From Verrucomicrobiaceae bacterium (lineage in GTDB: Bacteria; Verrucomicrobiota; Verrucomicrobiia; Verrucomicrobiales; Akkermansiaceae): a DNA stretch of 64,000 nt. The position numbers and the translations under genes are program-made. Below are positions 19,475 through 29,582 of this stretch, in pieces. Each line of letters opens with the position of its first letter. Within the stretch, counting starts at the first letter, position 1. The stretch covers positions 544,001 to 608,000 of the forward strand of contig JBPOGH010000001.1 in the NCBI GenBank assembly GCA_051252135.1, given 5' to 3'. The notes below the pieces were generated by a model, which searched no databases, had not been told where the DNA came from, and saw nothing but the letters and a program-made list of their open reading frames with translations.

Positions 19475-22400
19475 GTGCGTCTGTTTCTGCTCATCGCGCT
19501 AAGCGCGTCTCCCCTCCTCTCCTGGGGCCAAATTCGAATCAACGAATTCATGGCATCCAACACGCGATCGTATCCCGATATCACGGACTTCGAGGACTAT
19601 CCCGACTGGATCGAACTCCACAACACCTCCGCTACCGAAGCCTCGCTCGACAACTACTTCCTCAGCGATAATCCCAACCGCCCCTTAAAATGGCGCTTCC
19701 CCTCCGGAGCCACCATTCCCGCAAATGGCTACCTCGTCATCATTGCAGATGGCAATAATGCGAACATCGGCGACACCCACTACCGTGACTACTGGCCCTT
19801 CAGCAGGTTCCGCACGGAAAAATACCATACAAACTTCTCCCTCTCCGCAGACGGTGAATCCGTAGTCCTTACCCGCACCTCCGACCCAATTGAAACTCCG
19901 CTCATCAATGTCGGAGCTGACTGGAAGTATCTCGATGACGGCTCGGCCCAAACCACTCCGTGGCGTGCCAGACTCTACGATGACTCCTCATGGGCCTCCG
20001 GTCCCGCTCCTCTTGGTTATGGGGATGATCCGGCTACCGAAATTTCTTTCGGAGGCGACAGCGACAACAAGCACATCACTTCCTATTTCCGGCATTCTTT
20101 CGATGTCTCCGGCCCCATCGACTTCGACACCATGAGCCTCTCGATCCAGGTCGATGACGCCGCCGTCGTTTACCTCAACGGAAACGAGATCATCCGCCAG
20201 AACCTTCCCGCCGGTGAGATCGATTCCCAGACCCTCTCGCTCCAGGCTGCCGCCCCACCGGAGGAGGCTTATTTTACTGACTACAACGTTTCCCCTGAGT
20301 TCCTCAGCACAGGACAAAATGTCATTGCAGTCGAAGTCCACCAGAATGGAAGAAGCTCGGTTGACCTCCGTCTGGATCTGAGCCTGAAGGGAGTGAATTA
20401 CAACGATCTCACTGCTCAGGATTCAGTCACCTATTCCCAGCAAATCAGCGATGTCCCCATGGCCCGTGATCCCATCGATCCAAATGTCTGGGTAGCTCTT
20501 GATCAATCAACACCCGGGGAAGAAAATGCCGGCCGGGAGGTCTCCGACCTTCGCTCCACCAGTGGATCGGTCGACATCTCCCCTCCCGGCGGACTCTTTT
20601 CCGACTCCCAAACAATCACCCTCTCAGCCCCCGCCGGCGAAATCCGATACACCCTCGACGGCCGTGAACCAAGCCCCCTCGACCCGGTCTACTCCACCCC
20701 CATTTCCATCACCGAACCCACCGTCGTCCGCGCACGGGTCTACGAAACCGGAAAGGTCCCCGGACAAATCTTCACCACAACCTACCTCATCGGCGAAGAA
20801 TTTAATGGCATGCCCGTCCTCTCGATCACCGCTGAACCGGAAACTTTGTTCGGTGACGAGATCGGAATCTACTTCAACCAACACGAGCCCAATCAGGGCG
20901 TCGGACCGGCCGTCTATAAAGGAAAAGATGCACCCGGTAACCTCGAAATGTTCCTCCCCGATGGCAGCCCCGGATTCTCGGTAAACGGCGGCTTCAGAAT
21001 GGGGGGCGAAAACAACTGGGCCAGCCACACCCAACGCGCCTTCAACTTTGCCATCCGTGGAAAATACGGCGACGACGAACTCAAATACGACCTCTTCCCC
21101 GGCTCCGGCATTCCGATCTTTTCCTCCCTCACCATTCGTGAAGGAGGGGATGACTTTGGAGCAGCCCGCCTCCGGGATGGCATTTTTGATTCTATCGGGC
21201 GCGACCGTCTTCAGGTTGAGACCAATAGAATGCGCACCGCCGCCGTCTTCATTAATGGAGAATATTGGGGTCACTACAACATTCGCGACCGCTGGGACGA
21301 AAACTGGCTCTTCCAACATTATGGCACGGACAATGGCGAATACGACCACGTCCGATTCAACAACACCAGCCAGGGAACTCCACCCGCCATCGAGAACGGC
21401 TCAAACGAATCCTGGAACGAACTCTTCTCATTCATCCGAAACAACGACCTCGAAGACCCCGCAAACTGGGCCTATGTCGAATCGCGCATCGACGTTGATA
21501 GCTTCATCGATTTCGTCGTCGCTGAAGGTTGGAGCAACAACTCCAGTTGGGAAGGAAACAGGGAGGCCTGGAAGGCTCATCGACCCGGCTCGAAATGGCG
21601 CTGGTTCATTCCCGATATGGACCGCACCTTCCAGAACGCTGGTGCCAACACCTTCAACAGCATGCTCAACAACGAGCAATTTCTCCGGCATCTAAAGGAC
21701 AACACCTCCTTCAGACATCGCCTTGCACAACGCTACGCAGCGCACTTGGCATCCACCTTCTCAACGGACCGCATCCATTCTCTCATCGACACCCTGGGTA
21801 ACGCCGCCGCTCCGGAAATCGAGCGCAATGATGAGCGCTGGTCCGGAGCCCCCTCTCTTTCGACTTACCAATCGAGCCTTCAAAGCATGAAGGATTACGC
21901 CTCTGCCCGCGCCACAAACGTCATCCCCGATATCGCAAACCGGCTTGGTCTTGATGATGCCGTCGACCTCACCCTCGCCACCACCGGCCAGGGAAGCTTC
22001 ATGATCAATGGAGTTTCAGTTCAAAACGGGACTCTGGAGTTTTTCCCGAATATCGATACAGAAATCGAAGCCATCCCCGCCCCGGGCTTTCGCTTTGATT
22101 CCTGGATCGGGATTGCGGGCCCTGATTCAGCCTCCTCCTTCAACCTCACCGGAGACACCACCATCACCGCTGTATTTGCCCCGTCCGGCACCCCCCTCCT
22201 CGGCGGGACCCTCACCCAGGACACGACCCTCGACGCGACCACCGATGCCTACCTGATCGAGGAAGACCTCATCGTCCCCACCGGGATCACTCTCACCCTC
22301 AACCCCGGGGTTGTCATCGATCTTGCGACCCGTCGCAACATCCGCGTCATGGGTACCCTGGTCGTTGCCGGCACTGAAGAATCACCCGTCACCATCAAGG

Positions 22401-24646
22401 GACGTGCCGGCCAAATCTGGGGCGGCATTTCTTTCGAAGAGCCATCCACCCCTTCCTCCCTCTCCCATCTCATCATCCGGAACGCTTCCCGTGGACACAA
22501 TCCGATCGTCTACCCTTCCGCTATTTCCGGATTAAACGCCAACCTCGACCTTGAATTTCTGAACATTGGCAAATCCCGGGGACCTCTCTTTTTCCGGGGT
22601 GGCTCGGTCAGCCTCCGCGACTCCCTGATCGACATCCCCCTCACCGGCGATGGCATCAACATCAAAAAAGGAGCCGCTGAAACCATCCGCTGCACCTTCA
22701 CCGGAAATGATTCACCCGATACCGATGCCATCGACTACGATGGTGTCATCAACGGAGTCATCCGCGACTGCCGCATCTATCGCTTCCTCGGCTTCAACAG
22801 CGATGGCATCGACACCGGAGAACAATGTGTGGACGTCTTGATCGAAGGAAACACCATCTTCTACAACTCCGATAAGGGCGTCTCTGTCGGCCAAGGTTCA
22901 ACCGTCATCCTCCGTAAAAACCTCATCGTCGGATGCCCCATGGGCGTCGGCGTAAAAGACACCGGATCGAACATCATCATCGATCAAAACACCTTTGTCG
23001 GATGCGACCAGGCTGTCGCCGTTTTCGAGAAAAACTTCGGCGGAGGAGGCGGCTCGGCCACCGTGACAAACTCCATCTTTTCCGACTGCCCCCTCCCCAC
23101 TACCGTAGACTCCCTTTCGACTCTTTTCGTTTCCTACTCCTTAAGCGACACCCTCCCCCTTCCCGGAATTGGCAACCAACTCGGCTCGCCATTGTTTGTT
23201 GATGCCGCCTCCCTCAACTTCGAGCTCACCCCAAACTCCCCGGCGATCGACTCCGGCGACCCCAACCACGAACTTGATCCTGATGACACCCTTGCCGACA
23301 TGGGTGCCTACTATCTCTTCTCTCCTGAAGACTACCCCTTCACCAACAATAACACCGTTGTCGTCAACGAAATCCTTGCGAACTCGGGCGACCAAACAGA
23401 TTGGATTGAGCTCCACAATCGCACCCTCGACCCCGTGAATATCGGAGGCTGGTTCCTCAGCGACGATCGCTCCCAACTCTCAAAATACCGTATCCCGTCC
23501 GGCACCATCATCCCCGGAGGAGGATACCTCGTCTTCTATGAAGATACGAATTTCGGAACAGCCAGTATCGACCCGGACAAACTGGAAGGTTTCGCTCTCA
23601 GTGACACCGGAGAAACCGTCTACCTCAGCTCGGCCGTAGACGATCAGCTCAGCGGCTACCTTTTCAAAGAGGACTTCGGCCCCAGCCTTCAGGGTGAGTC
23701 TCTCGGCTATTACTTCAAATCAAGTAGCAACAGTTACAACTTCGTTGCCCAAGCCGCTCACTCTCAATCAGCACCCAATATCGGCCCCCGTGTCGGACCG
23801 ATCGTATTCACCGAGATCATGTATCACCCCGCCGGAGACGCCGACTCGGAATACCTGGAACTCCAAAACATCTCCGGTTCCCCCGTAACACTGTTTGATC
23901 CCGCCAAAGGTCTCGCATGGCGAATCAGCGACGGCATCGAATTCGAATTCCCCTCCGACACCCCTCTCACCCTCGCAGCCGGCCAACGCATCATTCTCAC
24001 CAGAAATGCCAATGCCTTCGCCAGCGAATTCTCTCCTCCACCGGGAACCATCGTCCTCGAATGGATCTCCGGCAAGCTCTCCAATGGCGGTGAAACCATC
24101 CAGCTCGATCAACCCGGTCCGGCCGATTCCCTCGGAAACTACACCTATGTCCGCATTGACCGCGTCAACTACGCTCCCGATCTTCCCTGGGATGTCGGAG
24201 CCGACGGCACCGGATTGTCTCTCAACAAGGTGATCGAAGGCGACTACGGCAATGACTTCATCAATTGGATCGCCGCTGCCCCCACCCCCGGAACCATCGC
24301 CACGGGATCCAGCTTTGCCGGCTGGGCGGCCGACTTTGGCGTCACCGATCCCAATGCCGATCCCGACGCCGATGGCTTGAGCAATCTCATGGAATACGCT
24401 TTCGGAACTGATCCCAACATCCCAAGCCGGCTCCAGCCCCTCAATTTGTCCGTGAATGGAACCTTGGTCGGCCTAACCTTCCCTGCCAGCTACCTCAAAC
24501 CTGATCTCAATGTCATCCTTGAGGTCTCCTCCGACCTGCTGCAGTGGGCCCCCGTCACCACGACCCTCCAGGGCAACCTTCGCGCCATCACCGTCCCTCG
24601 GGGGTCGCGTTCGTTCTATCGCCTCAACGTTTCCCAAAAACCCTAG
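19475..24646 (+). CDS. Tandem paralogue of the preceding lamin-tail/CotH/beta-helix secreted protein
   Basis: GTG start, signal peptide MRLFLLIALSASPLLSWG|Q; same domain order and motifs over the full length. Confidence 0.85.
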   Translation: MRLFLLIALSASPLLSWGQIRINEFMASNTRSYPDITDFEDYPDWIELHNTSATEASLDNYFLSDNPNRPLKWRFPSGATIPANGYLVIIADGNNANIGDTHYRDYWPFSRFRTEKYHTNFSLSADGESVVLTRTSDPIETPLINVGADWKYLDDGSAQTTPWRARLYDDSSWASGPAPLGYGDDPATEISFGGDSDNKHITSYFRHSFDVSGPIDFDTMSLSIQVDDAAVVYLNGNEIIRQNLPAGEIDSQTLSLQAAAPPEEAYFTDYNVSPEFLSTGQNVIAVEVHQNGRSSVDLRLDLSLKGVNYNDLTAQDSVTYSQQISDVPMARDPIDPNVWVALDQSTPGEENAGREVSDLRSTSGSVDISPPGGLFSDSQTITLSAPAGEIRYTLDGREPSPLDPVYSTPISITEPTVVRARVYETGKVPGQIFTTTYLIGEEFNGMPVLSITAEPETLFGDEIGIYFNQHEPNQGVGPAVYKGKDAPGNLEMFLPDGSPGFSVNGGFRMGGENNWASHTQRAFNFAIRGKYGDDELKYDLFPGSGIPIFSSLTIREGGDDFGAARLRDGIFDSIGRDRLQVETNRMRTAAVFINGEYWGHYNIRDRWDENWLFQHYGTDNGEYDHVRFNNTSQGTPPAIENGSNESWNELFSFIRNNDLEDPANWAYVESRIDVDSFIDFVVAEGWSNNSSWEGNREAWKAHRPGSKWRWFIPDMDRTFQNAGANTFNSMLNNEQFLRHLKDNTSFRHRLAQRYAAHLASTFSTDRIHSLIDTLGNAAAPEIERNDERWSGAPSLSTYQSSLQSMKDYASARATNVIPDIANRLGLDDAVDLTLATTGQGSFMINGVSVQNGTLEFFPNIDTEIEAIPAPGFRFDSWIGIAGPDSASSFNLTGDTTITAVFAPSGTPLLGGTLTQDTTLDATTDAYLIEEDLIVPTGITLTLNPGVVIDLATRRNIRVMGTLVVAGTEESPVTIKGRAGQIWGGISFEEPSTPSSLSHLIIRNASRGHNPIVYPSAISGLNANLDLEFLNIGKSRGPLFFRGGSVSLRDSLIDIPLTGDGINIKKGAAETIRCTFTGNDSPDTDAIDYDGVINGVIRDCRIYRFLGFNSDGIDTGEQCVDVLIEGNTIFYNSDKGVSVGQGSTVILRKNLIVGCPMGVGVKDTGSNIIIDQNTFVGCDQAVAVFEKNFGGGGGSATVTNSIFSDCPLPTTVDSLSTLFVSYSLSDTLPLPGIGNQLGSPLFVDAASLNFELTPNSPAIDSGDPNHELDPDDTLADMGAYYLFSPEDYPFTNNNTVVVNEILANSGDQTDWIELHNRTLDPVNIGGWFLSDDRSQLSKYRIPSGTIIPGGGYLVFYEDTNFGTASIDPDKLEGFALSDTGETVYLSSAVDDQLSGYLFKEDFGPSLQGESLGYYFKSSSNSYNFVAQAAHSQSAPNIGPRVGPIVFTEIMYHPAGDADSEYLELQNISGSPVTLFDPAKGLAWRISDGIEFEFPSDTPLTLAAGQRIILTRNANAFASEFSPPPGTIVLEWISGKLSNGGETIQLDQPGPADSLGNYTYVRIDRVNYAPDLPWDVGADGTGLSLNKVIEGDYGNDFINWIAAAPTPGTIATGSSFAGWAADFGVTDPNADPDADGLSNLMEYAFGTDPNIPSRLQPLNLSVNGTLVGLTFPASYLKPDLNVILEVSSDLLQWAPVTTTLQGNLRAITVPRGSRSFYRLNVSQKP

Positions 24647-25473
24647 GAAATCCCAACCAGCGAGACTTTCCCGGCCTCACAAGCCGCCTTCACCTCATCC
24701 CTACCCAGGATCAGCGTCTTCCCCGCCTCCACCGCGATCATCCGGACCCCCGCCTCGCGGCAACTTTCAATCGTTTTTGGCCCCACCACCGGAACGTCAA
24801 AACGCATGTCCTGATTGGGTTTCGACACTTTCACCAAAGCCACATCCTTTCCATTCCCCAGCTCTCCCCCCCGCTTGATGCAGGCATCGGTCCCCTCAAA
24901 TGCCTCGACCGCCAGAACCGTCCCTCGCCTCACCACAATACTTTGCCCAATATCCAACGCGCTGGTCTGCTTCACAATCGCATGACCAAAGGCAATATCC
25001 TCCTCATCCCGCTCACTCAGCGCAGGTCCGTACATCAACCCCTCACCCGCCAGATGGTCATCCAAAAAGGTCGTCGCCGGCAACAATTCGATCCCGTCCT
25101 TTTCCAGCTCCGCAGCAATCGCCCCAAAGAGCGACTCCGCATTCCGCTCCTTCACCGAATGCAGCACCTTCAACGTCCGTAAATCGGGCCATAAATCAAA
25201 AAGATTCCTCGGCGCAATCTGCCCCACCATGATCGCCTCCTTCACCCCGTGTTTCTTGAAAAATTTGATCACCCCTCCAAGTTGCCCCACCCGAAACCAC
25301 GAAATTTCATCCACCAATGACCCCAATTCCTCTTTCGTCTCACCCTTGAAGGCCGCCGCCACCAGCTTGGCCCCATGCTTGCGCGCCTCTCCCACAAAGG
25401 TTTCCGGATAAATTCCATTACCCGCAATCACCCCAATCACACGTTCTGCATCACTCACGGCCCACAGCTTCAT
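24643..25473 (-). CDS. lpxI: UDP-2,3-diacylglucosamine pyrophosphatase LpxI (DUF1009)
   Basis: [42 protein letters not shown]; start may be GTG 25458. Confidence 0.92.
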   Translation of the reverse strand: MKLWAVSDAERVIGVIAGNGIYPETFVGEARKHGAKLVAAAFKGETKEELGSLVDEISWFRVGQLGGVIKFFKKHGVKEAIMVGQIAPRNLFDLWPDLRTLKVLHSVKERNAESLFGAIAAELEKDGIELLPATTFLDDHLAGEGLMYGPALSERDEEDIAFGHAIVKQTSALDIGQSIVVRRGTVLAVEAFEGTDACIKRGGELGNGKDVALVKVSKPNQDMRFDVPVVGPKTIESCREAGVRMIAVEAGKTLILGRDEVKAACEAGKVSLVGIS

Positions 25474-25536
25474 TTTTCGAACCTAAAATTCAAACTTCAA
25501 TTTGCATCAAGTCGCCAACCCGCTAATCTAACAACC

Positions 25537-26571
25537 ATGACTGCTTCCATTTTAGCCAACCCCATCAACGTTGCCCTCGCCGTTGCAGGGATTCTCGTCC
25601 TTCTCGTCGTAGGCATCGTCTTCATCAACTTTTTCGGCCTCTGGATTCAAGCCAAAGCCGCAGGTGCCCCCGTCAGCCTGATCAACCTCGTCCTCATGCG
25701 CTTCCGGAAGGTAAATCCCGGAATCATCGTCAACAGCCGGATCACTGCCGCAAAAGCCGGACTCATCTACACCACCGACCAACTCGAGGCCCACTACCTC
25801 GCAGGTGGTGACATCATCAATGTCGTCCTTGCTCTCGTAGCCGCTGAAAAAGCCGGAATCTCCCTTCCCTTCGACCGCGCCTGTGCCATCGACCTCGCCA
25901 CCAAGGACACCGGAAAGACCGTCCTCGAAGCGGTCCGCACCTCCATCAACCCCAAGGTCATCGACTGCCCGAACCCCTCTTCCGGAATGACCAAAATCAC
26001 CGCGGTCGCCAAAGATGGCATCGGAGTCAACGTTCGCGCTCGTGTCACCGTCCGCACCAACCTTGACCGCTTCGTCGGTGGCGCCACCGAAGAAACCATC
26101 ATCGCCCGCGTCGGCGAAGGCATCGTCACCTCCGTCGGCTCCGCCAGCTCCTACAAGAGCGTCCTCGAAAATCCCGACTCCATCTCACGCCTCGTCCTCG
26201 AGAAAGGCGTCGATTCCGCCACCGCCTTCGAAATCCTCTCCATCGATATCGCTGACGTCGATGTCGCTGATAACGTCGGAGCACGACTCCAGACCGAACA
26301 GGCCGAGGCAGACAAGCAAGTCGCCCAGGCCAAAGCGGAAATGCGTCGTGCCGCTGCCGTCGCTTCCGAACAGGAAATGGCTGCCCGCACCCAGGAAATG
26401 CGCGCCAAGGTGGTCGAGGCGGAAGCAACCGTCCCTCTCGCCATCGCCGAAGCCTTCCGCAACGGAAACCTTGGCGTCATGGACTACGCCAAATACCAAA
26501 ATGTCGTCGCCGACACCAAAATGCGCGACTCCATCGGCGAGGAAGATTCCGACAACCACCACAACTCCTAA
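25537..26571 (+). CDS. floA: Flotillin-like protein FloA (YqfA family)
   Basis: ATG 25537; [65 protein letters not shown]. Confidence 0.92.
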   Translation: MTASILANPINVALAVAGILVLLVVGIVFINFFGLWIQAKAAGAPVSLINLVLMRFRKVNPGIIVNSRITAAKAGLIYTTDQLEAHYLAGGDIINVVLALVAAEKAGISLPFDRACAIDLATKDTGKTVLEAVRTSINPKVIDCPNPSSGMTKITAVAKDGIGVNVRARVTVRTNLDRFVGGATEETIIARVGEGIVTSVGSASSYKSVLENPDSISRLVLEKGVDSATAFEILSIDIADVDVADNVGARLQTEQAEADKQVAQAKAEMRRAAAVASEQEMAARTQEMRAKVVEAEATVPLAIAEAFRNGNLGVMDYAKYQNVVADTKMRDSIGEEDSDNHHNS

Positions 26572-26576
26572 CCCCC

Positions 26577-27080
26577 ATGGTTCTCGCTGAATTCGACCCG
26601 CAGTTCATCATCGTCCTCGTGATGGTGGTGCTCGCGGGCGTCAAGGCCCTCATCGAAAAACTCCAGGAAAAGGCGCATCCGCCCGTCACCGGGGAGGATT
26701 ACGAGGGCCCGGAGACCATCGAAACGGATTATGAGGAATACGCACGCCAACTACGCGAGCGTCAGGCAGAGATCGCAGCGCAACAGCGTGCCGCTCTGGA
26801 AACTGCGCCCCCGCCTCTCCCCTCCGCAATCCCCGTAGCACTTCCTGTCGCAAAAAAAGTCCCTTCCCGCTTTCAGGAGAAGCCTGCCCTTCCAAAACTC
26901 TCCGCCGCCGAAAAACGCGCCCTGGAAAACCTCAAAAAGAGCCAAAACCTACCGCGCCGCCCTTCCTCACCCGGCACCACCGCACGTGCCAGAGCCAAGC
27001 GCGTGCTCTCCAGCCCACACGCCGCACGGGACGCCATCGTCCTCTCCGAAATCCTCGGCACTCCCAAAGGGCTCCGCTAA
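26577..27080 (+). CDS. Membrane-anchored hypothetical protein, YqfB-like partner of FloA
   Basis: N-terminal TM, low-complexity middle, C-terminal ARDAIVLSEILGTPKGLR; 5 bp after floA. Confidence 0.6.
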   Translation: MVLAEFDPQFIIVLVMVVLAGVKALIEKLQEKAHPPVTGEDYEGPETIETDYEEYARQLRERQAEIAAQQRAALETAPPPLPSAIPVALPVAKKVPSRFQEKPALPKLSAAEKRALENLKKSQNLPRRPSSPGTTARARAKRVLSSPHAARDAIVLSEILGTPKGLR

Positions 27081-27149
27081 TCAACAGCCTCAAAAAAGGC
27101 GATTGCTGGCTCGAAAAGTCACCTCGATCATCCGACACTCCGGCGGCGC

Positions 27150-28040
27150 ATGGACGAAGACGACAGAATCGAAGAAATGATGCGGCAGGTGCGCCGTCTC
27201 GAGATCCGCGCACGCCGCCTCGCCAGCGAAACCTTCTCCGGCGAATACCACTCCTCGTTCAAAGGTGCCGGTCTCGATTTCGACGAATTCCGCGAATATC
27301 AGCCCGGTGATGAAATCCGCTTCATCGATTGGAATGTCACCGCCCGCATGCAGGAACCCTACATCCGCAAATTCCGCGAAGAACGGGAACTCTCCGTCAT
27401 CATCGTCGTCGATGTCTCCGCTTCCACCGACTTCGGCAGCAAGCACCTCTCCAAGCGCGAGCGCGCCGCCGAGCTCACCGCCCTCCTCGGCTTCAGCGCC
27501 CGTTACAATGGCGACAAGGTCGGCCTTCTCCTCTTCTCAAAGGAACCCGTCCTCTACCTCCCGCCCCGCAAGGGAGGAAAAAGCGTCATCCGCGCCATCC
27601 GCGAGGTCATCTCCGCCAAGCCTAACGATCCCGGGACCTCCATCGCCAACGCCTGCGAATTCCTCCACCAAACCCTCAAACGCAAGGCCCTCGTCTTCTT
27701 CATCTCTGATTTCATCGACTGGGGCTTCGAGAAAACCTTCGGCTCCCTGGCCCGCCAGCACGACATCGTCGCCCTCTCCCTTCAGGACCCCCTCGAGGAA
27801 AGCATCCCCGACGTCGGAAAAATCCAATTCCGCGACCCCGAGAGCGGCATCGCCACCACCGTCAACACCTCCAACGCAAACGCCCGGATGGGATTGGTGA
27901 AACTTTCCCGAAGATATCGCGAAGGCCTCGACGCTTTCTTCAAAAAACAAGGCATCGACCACGCCCCCATCTCCACCACACGCGACTACCTCCCCGCCCT
28001 CCACCAACTCTTCCAACGCCGCGCCAAGCGCAAACACTAA
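27150..28040 (+). CDS. DUF58 / vWA domain protein
   Basis: GEYHSSFKGAGLDFDEFREYQPGDEIRFIDWNVTAR, VDVSAS, ISDF. Confidence 0.93.
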   Translation: MDEDDRIEEMMRQVRRLEIRARRLASETFSGEYHSSFKGAGLDFDEFREYQPGDEIRFIDWNVTARMQEPYIRKFREERELSVIIVVDVSASTDFGSKHLSKRERAAELTALLGFSARYNGDKVGLLLFSKEPVLYLPPRKGGKSVIRAIREVISAKPNDPGTSIANACEFLHQTLKRKALVFFISDFIDWGFEKTFGSLARQHDIVALSLQDPLEESIPDVGKIQFRDPESGIATTVNTSNANARMGLVKLSRRYREGLDAFFKKQGIDHAPISTTRDYLPALHQLFQRRAKRKH

Positions 28041-28043
28041 CCC

Positions 28044-28580
28044 ATGCCGGACACCGCCGACCCGCCTTCTCCCCCGCCTCTTCCCCATGGGATCGAGGCC
28101 CCGGAAGTCTACGTCCCCGGCACCCCCATGTGGGTTTGGATCACTCTCGCAATCGCGGCCCTCGTTATCATTATTGGCCTCGTCTACCTCGCTCGCTCTC
28201 TGGGAAAAAATGCCACTCCACCCCCACCTCAACTCCCTTCTCCCTACCGCACTGCCGAGGCCAAGCTCACCCAACTCAAGGATCGCTCCGGCGAACTTCC
28301 CATCGCCGAATTCGCATCACAGGTCTCCCTCATTCTCCGCGAATGCCTCGCCTCGGTCCTGAAAGACCCCGCTCTCTACGAGACCGACGAAGAAATGGCA
28401 ACCCGCCTCGCCAGCCTCGACCGCGTCCCCTCCGGAGTCCGTAAATACCTCATCACTCTCGGCTCCGCCAAATACGCCCCCTCATCCGCAAATCAGGCCC
28501 AATGTCACGTCCTCGCCGACCACGCATTCACCTGCCTCCGTGAAATCGAAACCTCCCAGTCTCCGCCGCCCACCCCATGA
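28044..28580 (+). CDS. Single-TM accessory protein of the Bat cluster (DUF4381-like)
   Basis: One TM, SLILRECL, ETDEE, AKYAP; between DUF58 and BatA; ATGA overlap with batA. Confidence 0.65.
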   Translation: MPDTADPPSPPPLPHGIEAPEVYVPGTPMWVWITLAIAALVIIIGLVYLARSLGKNATPPPPQLPSPYRTAEAKLTQLKDRSGELPIAEFASQVSLILRECLASVLKDPALYETDEEMATRLASLDRVPSGVRKYLITLGSAKYAPSSANQAQCHVLADHAFTCLREIETSQSPPPTP

Positions 28581-29581
28581 GCGTCCTGGAACAATTCACC
28601 TTCGCACACCCGTGGTGGCTCCTCTTGCTCCTCGTCGTCCCCGTGCTCATCTTCTTCGGATACAAACTCGGTGTCCAAAGCTGGGTCGTCTACCCCACCC
28701 TTCGCGTCCTCGGAACCCTCGGATACAAGCCCAAAGACAAACCCTGGCGCATCGCACCCCTCGTCTTACCTCTCCTCCTGATCCCCCCCATTCTCGCCAT
28801 GGCCCGCCCGCAGTGGCAAAATGAAAGATCATCCCGCACTGCCAGCGGAATCGATATTCTCGTCGCTCTCGATATCTCCGCCTCCATGGAAGCCCGCGAC
28901 TTCCAATCCAATGACCCTCGCTTCCGTCGTCCCCAGCGTCGCATCGATGCCGCCCGTGAGGTCCTCCTCAACTTCATCGAAGAGCGCCCTGACGATCGCA
29001 TCGGCATCGTCACCTTCTCCGGACGCCCCTACACCGTCGCCCCCCTCACCCTCGACCACAACATCCTCAAACTCAAAATTGCCGAAATCATCCTCGTCAG
29101 TGGTCGCCGCGAGGAAGGAGGAACCGCCATCGGAAGCGCCATCAATGCCGCCAGCCTCCGTCTCGATCAACAAAAGGATTCCAAAAGTAAGGTCGTTGTC
29201 CTCATTACCGATGGTGCCAACAACTCCGGAAAAATCTCCCCCGAACAGGCAGCCGAACTCTCAGCCGACCTGGGGATCAAAATCTACACCATCGCCATCG
29301 GAACCGAGGGCGGGCGCATCGTCGGAGTCCCCCAGCAGGAATACGATGAAGAAACCCTCATGAAAATCGCCTCTCTTACCAAAGGCGAATTCTTCCGCGC
29401 CAAGGACCTCTCCGACCTCAAGGAAGCCTTCAAAAGCATCGACGCCCTCGAAAAGACCGAAGTCGAACATTCCAGCTGGATTCAGGTAAAGGAATACTAC
29501 CCCTGGTTCCTCGCCCCGGGAGTGATCGCTCTCGCCGGATACTTCCTCTTCTCGGCCCTCAACCCCCCGCCCGCTCCCTGA
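28577..29581 (+). CDS. batA: BatA-like vWA domain protein
   Basis: FAHPWWLLLL, AMARPQ, LDISASM (MIDAS), DRIGIVTFSG, GTAIG, LITDG.NNSG, KIYTIAIG. Confidence 0.88.
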   Translation: MSVLEQFTFAHPWWLLLLLVVPVLIFFGYKLGVQSWVVYPTLRVLGTLGYKPKDKPWRIAPLVLPLLLIPPILAMARPQWQNERSSRTASGIDILVALDISASMEARDFQSNDPRFRRPQRRIDAAREVLLNFIEERPDDRIGIVTFSGRPYTVAPLTLDHNILKLKIAEIILVSGRREEGGTAIGSAINAASLRLDQQKDSKSKVVVLITDGANNSGKISPEQAAELSADLGIKIYTIAIGTEGGRIVGVPQQEYDEETLMKIASLTKGEFFRAKDLSDLKEAFKSIDALEKTEVEHSSWIQVKEYYPWFLAPGVIALAGYFLFSALNPPPAP

Positions 29582-29582
29582 C

